A stretch of 64,000 nt of DNA from assembly GCA_030599585.1 (NCBI GenBank), contig JAUVNS010000004.1, positions 256,001 to 320,000 on the forward strand, written 5' to 3'. Within the stretch, counting starts at the first letter, position 1. Every line of letters begins with the position of its first letter. The translations under genes were made by a program, and so were the position numbers. This document shows positions 58,392 to 64,000 of this stretch, piece after piece. The stretch comes from Promethearchaeota archaeon. GTDB taxonomy: Archaea; Asgardarchaeota; Lokiarchaeia; Sigyniarchaeales; SOKP01. The notes under the pieces were generated by a model. That model did no database searches. It was not told where the DNA came from and worked only from the letters and a program-made list of their open reading frames with translations.

Positions 58392-59459
58392 ATGTCTAAT
58401 AATCCAAATTCAGTAAATATCCGAAAGGACGACCTAGAAGAAGAGCAGGATTTTTCTCTAATTGAAGAAGAACAAAAAGAAATTATCGAAAAGGATTTTA
58501 TTCCACATTTTTTACCAACGTATAGAATAAAGTTCAAATTTTATTCAATTCCTATTGTTGTCGTAATAATTTTATCTTCAATACTAGCGTATCTCACCTT
58601 CGTTGTTGCGGGAGTTCAAGTAGAAGAAAGTTATTTTCCTGAAGGTGAATTGGGAGCTTTAGCTGTTCTATTAAATGGTGTAATTTTTACAGTAATTGCG
58701 GTTGTATCAGGATTTTTAATAGTATTTTTTATCAAAAAGCTCGGGATAGGTGTCTTGAAGTACCTTTTTGGGATAAGTTTCGGCTTTGTTAGTTTTTTCA
58801 TTACCTTAATGTTCTTGGATGTCATTATATATTTAATTTTCATCCAATTTCCTGAGACTACATTTGTTTTTAAACTATACATTCTGTTTACGGATTGGTA
58901 TTTACCAATGGGGACAGCTATTTCTGTGTTCTTTCTCCTTTATAAATACTTCACTTCAAAATCTATAAAAACTAAAAATTTTATCGTCCTCTATATCAGT
59001 CTTTTGATAAGTGCTTCCATGAGTATTGTTTTACCTTTTTGGAGTACTCTCGCTATTTTGGTTGGTATATCTTTCTGGGATCTTTTTGCTGTCCTCTATA
59101 AAAAAGGACCAATTAAGGAAATGATAGAATTATTATCAGAAAATGGCAATGAAGACGAGATGGAAGATGAAGATATTAAAGAGCAAATTGAAAGTGGTAA
59201 GGCTGTTTATGATACATCTAATTTAGAAATTGGAATTGGAGATCTAGCTTTTTACAGTTTACTTACTTCTAGTGTATTTTTATTCACGAATAATATCATA
59301 ATCACAGCTTTAACCGCAATAGCAATCGTAATTGGAACAGGAATTACTATCTCGGGATTAAAAAAGAATAAGCTTTTACCAGGACTTCCAATTAGTATCT
59401 TTTTAGGAATAGGTGCTTTTTTAATCTCTCAATTAATTGTAACAATCTTTTTTATATGA
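58392..59459 (+). CDS. Presenilin-like intramembrane aspartyl protease (A22)
   Basis: ISFWDLFAVL-x3-GP (TM6 Asp), acidic loop, IGIGDLAFYSLL (GxGD), LPGLPISI (PAL-equivalent); about 9 TM. Confidence 0.9.
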   Translation: MSNNPNSVNIRKDDLEEEQDFSLIEEEQKEIIEKDFIPHFLPTYRIKFKFYSIPIVVVIILSSILAYLTFVVAGVQVEESYFPEGELGALAVLLNGVIFTVIAVVSGFLIVFFIKKLGIGVLKYLFGISFGFVSFFITLMFLDVIIYLIFIQFPETTFVFKLYILFTDWYLPMGTAISVFFLLYKYFTSKSIKTKNFIVLYISLLISASMSIVLPFWSTLAILVGISFWDLFAVLYKKGPIKEMIELLSENGNEDEMEDEDIKEQIESGKAVYDTSNLEIGIGDLAFYSLLTSSVFLFTNNIIITALTAIAIVIGTGITISGLKKNKLLPGLPISIFLGIGAFLISQLIVTIFFI

Positions 59460-59535
59460 GTTGTGATTTCTTATCATAGATATATATAAAATTCATATAT
59501 CTCATAATTTTCCAATAATCAAGGTGTAATAAGTT

Positions 59536-60726
59536 ATAGTAGATATAAGTAAGGTTAAAACAATTTCAGTTATCGGAGCAGGAACAATGGGTAGAGAAAT
59601 CGCTCAAGTTGCTCTCATGTCAAACATATTTAATAAAGTTTACATAAACGACACTAATGACAATGCTTTAAAAAATGCTAAAATCTATATTCTAAATGGT
59701 CTTAACAAATTGGAATCCAAGGGTTTATTAGCGCATGGGTCAACAACGAATGAATTAATGAAAAATCTGGTACTCGATAAAAATTTAATCTCCTCAATTA
59801 AAAAGGCAGATTTTGTTGTTGAAGCAATACCCGAGATAATGGAATTAAAACAAGAACTGTTCGAAGAATTAGGGCAATATGCTCCAGAGCATGCTGTGTT
59901 AGCGACAAACACATCGACTATGAGCATTACTAAGATCGCAGAAGCATCAAAAAGACCTGAACAAGTAATTGGAATGCATTTTTTTACTCCGATTCCTTTG
60001 CTCAGGCTAATTGAATTAATTAAAGGTGAAAAAACCTCGCAAGAAGCTTTTGATTTAGGAGTAGCAATCGGTCAAAAGTTACCCGCTATCAAAGGAAAAA
60101 GATATATCGCAAAAATAGAAAAAGAAAGTCCTGGATTCATTGTAAATCGCCTACTTATTACAACAAACCTCTTATTTAATTGGATTTTAGATATGGCTAC
60201 TGATAAAGGAATTCCTTACGAGAAAATCGACAACGATTTCGTGGCTCCCCCTGAATTAGGGCCATTAGCTAAATGGGATTTTTTAGGTTTAGATATTGTT
60301 TGCGATGTAATGAATTATTTTGTTGAAGAAATATCGCCTGAATTTGCTCCCGGTAAAACGCTTACAAACCTTCTCAAAAAAGGTAATTTGGGAAGAAAAA
60401 CGGGTGAAGGTATTTACGAGTGGGTTGAAGGAAAACCTAATCGTAAAACTAATGAAAAAGCAGGCTTATTTAATGCAGAACATTATTATGCGATTCAATT
60501 AAATGAAGGATGTAGGTTATTAGAAGAAAAAATTGTGTCCGGATATAAAATAATTGATGATACAATGTTAGCAGGAATGGATATGCCAGGACCATTTGGA
60601 GCTGGTAAAAGAAATTACGAAAAATGGTCCCTAATGTTAGAAGAACTAACTGAAACGACCCAAATAAAATATTTTAAACCGTGCGACATGATGAAATCTG
60701 GAGCTTTTCTTAAACTTAGAAAGTAA
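59536..60726 (+). CDS. 3-hydroxyacyl-CoA dehydrogenase; apparent ATA start at 59536
   Basis: Rossmann VIGAGTMG begins upstream of the track ATG (59587). Also VVEAIPE, ATNTST, GMHFF, PGFIVNRL, GRKTGEG. Confidence 0.9.
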   Translation: MVDISKVKTISVIGAGTMGREIAQVALMSNIFNKVYINDTNDNALKNAKIYILNGLNKLESKGLLAHGSTTNELMKNLVLDKNLISSIKKADFVVEAIPEIMELKQELFEELGQYAPEHAVLATNTSTMSITKIAEASKRPEQVIGMHFFTPIPLLRLIELIKGEKTSQEAFDLGVAIGQKLPAIKGKRYIAKIEKESPGFIVNRLLITTNLLFNWILDMATDKGIPYEKIDNDFVAPPELGPLAKWDFLGLDIVCDVMNYFVEEISPEFAPGKTLTNLLKKGNLGRKTGEGIYEWVEGKPNRKTNEKAGLFNAEHYYAIQLNEGCRLLEEKIVSGYKIIDDTMLAGMDMPGPFGAGKRNYEKWSLMLEELTETTQIKYFKPCDMMKSGAFLKLRK

Positions 60727-60840
60727 ATTAATTTTTAAAACTGAAATCCCCAGTAGAAGCGAAAATAAAACTAAAGTATGAGTATTAAATATCCTAAATC
60801 TTTATTTGAAGTATATAAAAATTAAATTGAATTCTATATT

Positions 60841-61131
60841 TTGAACGAGAAAAATACTACCCCTAAAACGGGTTTTGAGAAGATTTTAGATTTTTTTAAT
60901 AGTAAGCTCGCGGTTAATCATCCCATCGCAATTGCTGAAGTTGTTGAGCGAACTGGATTTTCTTGGAGTTTTGTGAAAAAAACCTTATCTACGATAAAGA
61001 ACGATTACGATGGATTTTTCTTTGAAAAATCAGGAAGCACATGGATTATATGGAAAGACCGAAGCAATGTAATTAAGAAATTGGATGAAACCTGCTCCCG
61101 ATTTTTAGTAGATGACGAAGAGGGATGCTAA
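60841..61131 (+). CDS. Small winged-HTH-like protein
   Basis: IAEVVERTGFSWSFVKKTL helix-turn-helix followed by a beta-wing-like FFEKSGSTWIIW. Confidence 0.6.
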   Translation: MNEKNTTPKTGFEKILDFFNSKLAVNHPIAIAEVVERTGFSWSFVKKTLSTIKNDYDGFFFEKSGSTWIIWKDRSNVIKKLDETCSRFLVDDEEGC

Positions 61132-61156
61132 AGTCAATCTTATAAGCTTCTAAAGG

Positions 61157-61582
61157 CTATTCTACAATGTTACTAAGTGATTTTGGTGGGTTATCCGAAA
61201 AATACATCTGAATAGAAGAGATATCGAGTTCGCTCAAAGTTGCTTCTTTTTTACATGATGCTACTAAGATACTCTTTTGATTAAGTTGTTGTATTAAGAT
61301 TAATCCGTTACTACAATCAACCAAAATACGTTTTAGATCACTCGTTGTTATCTCACTAATAAGTTCTTGACCGATATATTTCAAGGCAGTACACATTCCG
61401 GATACAAGAGTTTGATCGGTAAATCCCTTAATAGAAGAGGCGAGAGCAATTGGTAATCCTTCATTGCTCACAACGATGAGTTCGTTAATATTATCATTTT
61501 CGCTACACAAATATTCTAAATATTCTGCTAAATCAGAATTCATGAACATAACCTTGGTTTTCGCTAAGAAAAATTTAACCAA
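61157..61582 (-). CDS. Roadblock/LC7 (MglB-like) domain protein (start may be an internal ATG)
   Basis: LIVVSNEGLPIA, VSGMCTAL, ILVDCSNGLILI. Confidence 0.85.
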   Translation of the reverse strand: MVKFFLAKTKVMFMNSDLAEYLEYLCSENDNINELIVVSNEGLPIALASSIKGFTDQTLVSGMCTALKYIGQELISEITTSDLKRILVDCSNGLILIQQLNQKSILVASCKKEATLSELDISSIQMYFSDNPPKSLSNIVE

Positions 61583-61825
61583 AAGATATTAAGCAAACTA
61601 GATATATATGCCTTTGTGTTGAGAATGTTTTTTAAAAATGAATTTATTTATCATTTTATGAAGTTTGATTGATTAAATAAAACTGTTCTATATAAAGTAT
61701 AACAAATTTTAATGGATTATCCTCGATTGCTCATTACATAGAGAGTGTGAAATTTCGTTTAAGGTTTAAATGTCATGATTTATTTTACTAATCAATAATA
61801 AAATAATGATTAATAGCATTTTAAA

Positions 61826-62779
61826 GTGAAATTGTCTATGAAGATTGAAAAATCAAGCCAAGATCTTGAAAATGAAGTTATTTATGGAGGATTATGCATT
61901 CATTGTGGAAGTTGTAACGCTTTCTGTCCACACATGGATTTCAATAAAGAAACTGGGCTAGCATATGTAGTAGATGAATGTGCTGAGACAGTAGGTCTGT
62001 GTTATAATGCCTGTCCACGTAGTTTTCTCCCGATTTCTGAAATCGAGCAAAAAATGTTCGGTCAAACACGCGTTGATTTAGGAGTGGGAGTTTATAAAGA
62101 TATAATCCAAGTAAAATCTAAAAATAAAGATAAAATTCTTTATAATTTAGTGCTAGCTGCTTTTGAATCTGGAGTAACAAAACATTTTGTTTTAGGAGAA
62201 CCTAAAAGCCAAAAACCACCCGTATCTTTTCCTGTAGTTGTTGACAATGCGAGTGATGCGAAAAAATATATTCCCGAAAAAACTATGGATATGGCTGGTC
62301 CTTTGGTAACGGGAATCGGTCAGGCTTACTTAGAGAGGAAACGAGATATTGGAATTCTCGGAAACCCTTGCCATCTTCAAGGACTCGCTAAGATACTAAC
62401 GAGCGATTTTAATACAGGAGCGGAAAGAACTACTCTAAAAATTGCCTTTGCTTGTTCCTCTGGAGGAATGACTGGTTGTAAATATTGTACTGATTTTACT
62501 GGTGAATTTTCAGATATTTCTTATAGCCCATGGGGAGCTCCAAAAGGTTCAGGAGAAGCCTTTTTAATAATAAGAACGGATATAGGGCAAAAAGTTGTAG
62601 ATCACGCGATAAAAAATAAATTGCTCGAAATAACGAGCAAGGAACCAGATCTTAGCGAAATGAAGAAGTTCCTTAACAGGAAAAGAAGGAAAAACTTTAT
62701 AAATTTACTCGGTAAAGACTTAATTACAGCTAAATATCTCCAGTTAAATGTTGATGAATTTAGAGATATTCTTGAATAA
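61826..62779 (+). CDS. F420 hydrogenase/dehydrogenase beta-subunit (FrhB/FpoF) family protein with N-terminal ferredoxin
   Basis: CIHCGSCNAFCP...GLCYNACPR; GNPCHLQG; AFAC; GCKYCTDFTGEFSDIS; IIRTDIG. Confidence 0.85.
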   Translation: MKLSMKIEKSSQDLENEVIYGGLCIHCGSCNAFCPHMDFNKETGLAYVVDECAETVGLCYNACPRSFLPISEIEQKMFGQTRVDLGVGVYKDIIQVKSKNKDKILYNLVLAAFESGVTKHFVLGEPKSQKPPVSFPVVVDNASDAKKYIPEKTMDMAGPLVTGIGQAYLERKRDIGILGNPCHLQGLAKILTSDFNTGAERTTLKIAFACSSGGMTGCKYCTDFTGEFSDISYSPWGAPKGSGEAFLIIRTDIGQKVVDHAIKNKLLEITSKEPDLSEMKKFLNRKRRKNFINLLGKDLITAKYLQLNVDEFRDILE

Positions 62780-62793
62780 GAGTTATTAATGAG

Positions 62794-63336
62794 TTAAATT
62801 AACTCTCTTTTTTTTAACATTGCTTCTACTAAAGTTTCAAAAAGATTAGTATTATTATCTCCAGTTTTAGAACTCGTTTCTATCAGAAATGGTATATTGT
62901 GTTCGTTCTTGAATTCTTCAGCTTCTTCTTTTTGAACCGTCCTTCTAGAGTCTGAAAGGTCGGCTTTTCCTCCAACCATGATGAAAATTGGATCTTTCGT
63001 ATTCTCTTCTACTACATCATACCATTCTTGAAGGTTCTGAAAGCTAGTATATCTCGAAATGTCGTAACAGAGTATACAACCTTGTGCTCCTCTAGAATAG
63101 TTCGGCAGGAAAAATCGGAATCTTTTTTCGCCAGCAAAATCCCATATTTGAAGCTTAATATCCGTATTGTCTCTCGTTGTGCTCCATGTCAGCAAATCTG
63201 TTCCTATCGTTATTTTCATGGGCACGAAATGGCCGGTAATTAGCCTCTGTATCATAGTGCTCTTTCCAACACCACCATCACCGACTACAACGATTTTAAA
63301 TAAATACTGGCGTTTTTGATCAGATTGTTGCGACAT
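62794..63336 (-). CDS. Rab-like small GTPase
   Basis: YLFKIVVVGDGGVGKST, TIGTD, KLQIWDFAGE-x-RF, Y-x-RGA, GKADL, ETSSKTG. Confidence 0.92.
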   Translation of the reverse strand: MSQQSDQKRQYLFKIVVVGDGGVGKSTMIQRLITGHFVPMKITIGTDLLTWSTTRDNTDIKLQIWDFAGEKRFRFFLPNYSRGAQGCILCYDISRYTSFQNLQEWYDVVEENTKDPIFIMVGGKADLSDSRRTVQKEEAEEFKNEHNIPFLIETSSKTGDNNTNLFETLVEAMLKKRELI

Positions 63337-63417
63337 TTTTGCGAATTTTACTGTAAGTTGTTTGCAATAGATTGTAATAATAATATGTTTTTTTTTTTTA
63401 AACTTTTATTCAATAAT

Positions 63418-63999
63418 TTATTCACTACTGAAATCTCTATAGTATTTTTGATTTATATTTTTTAATGTTTCAATAATATTGTTTTGCTTGCTTTCTGGTA
63501 ATAATTGCAGCTTTTCTATTAATTCAGAGGGGTTTATGTTAGATATCATTTTATAAACAAAGTATAAAAGTAAGATAGCTATCAGTGGAGAAATTACTAT
63601 AATTAGAAATGAAATTACTGAGATTTTCAACGGCAATGAACTCTCGATTCCCGTCCCTGGAAGGATATACAAAATTCCAAGAAAGCCATTAATTTCAGTC
63701 GAAGTTACTATAAGCAGGTTTAAAATGTTTAAAAGGATAAATGTACCTAAGTTTACTAGGTAAAATAGCTTAAACTTTTTAAGATTTAAACGATGTATTA
63801 ATATCGCAGAATCTCCTTCAATATTACCGCTAATTTTAATGGTTATTTTTGCATATTTCCAAATATCAATTAAAATCCAATAAAACCCAAATGTGTATAT
63901 GAAATTAAATAGAATATTAAAAAATATATCATAAGTCTGAATGAGTTGGGGATGATAATACGATTCACCCCCAATCCAAAAAAGTAATATTAATTGTAA
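63418..63999 (-). CDS. Multi-pass membrane protein, N-terminus beyond window edge
   Basis: The frame of the 63418-63672 ORF stays open to the window end (LQLILLFWIGGESYYHPQLIQTYDIFFN...) and has several hydrophobic segments. Confidence 0.75.
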   Translation of the reverse strand, partial: LQLILLFWIGGESYYHPQLIQTYDIFFNILFNFIYTFGFYWILIDIWKYAKITIKISGNIEGDSAILIHRLNLKKFKLFYLVNLGTFILLNILNLLIVTSTEINGFLGILYILPGTGIESSLPLKISVISFLIIVISPLIAILLLYFVYKMISNINPSELIEKLQLLPESKQNNIIETLKNINQKYYRDFSSE

Positions 64000-64000
64000 T

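Noticed and set aside
18109-61756. Identical 12-mer GTGTGAAATTTC in two intergenic regions (18109 and 61745)
   Set aside because: 12-nt matches are expected by chance in 64 kb of AT-rich DNA, and I saw no further copies.
249-63243. Many short antisense or overlapping ORFs in the track (e.g. 934-1311, 9336-9668, 40762-41130, 41662-42186, 46622-46990)
   Set aside because: They are shadows of well-supported genes on the other strand or frame and have no motifs of their own.
1-64000. CRISPR arrays, transposases, integrases, rRNA/tRNA genes, defence systems
   Set aside because: I found no regularly spaced repeats, recombinase/transposase motifs or GC-rich structured RNA blocks by inspection.

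Overview
AT-rich archaeal chromosome segment, most consistent with an Asgard archaeon of the Lokiarchaeia/Promethearchaeota type. The assignment is inferred from gene content: archaeal GlyRS, ABCE1, RecJ/GAN and H4MPT enzymes occur together with Rab-like and Rag-like small GTPases, a roadblock protein, a presenilin-like protease and TPR proteins. The window holds an etfB/acyl-CoA dehydrogenase pair, citramalate synthase, a polar amino-acid ABC transporter, a lipid/acyl-CoA catabolism region (crotonases, three Cys-less thiolase-fold proteins with DUF35 partners, BKACE, SCP2, G3P dehydrogenase), TPR/GNAT/membrane genes, two large surface glycoproteins, and ftr-mtd, gcvT-H-PA-PB and mch. I found no rRNA, tRNA, CRISPR array or mobile element. 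The top finding is a 21-codon Ile/Leu-rich leader ORF with its own TATA box, followed by a hairpin enclosing a U-rich tract, directly upstream of the isoleucine-pathway gene cimA. It is a candidate ribosome-coupled attenuator in an archaeon. Also notable are two genes that appear to need an AUA start codon, an Ltp3/Ltp4-like retro-aldolase cluster, and glycine cleavage genes nested among H4MPT C1 genes. All protein calls come from motif recognition, not database searches.
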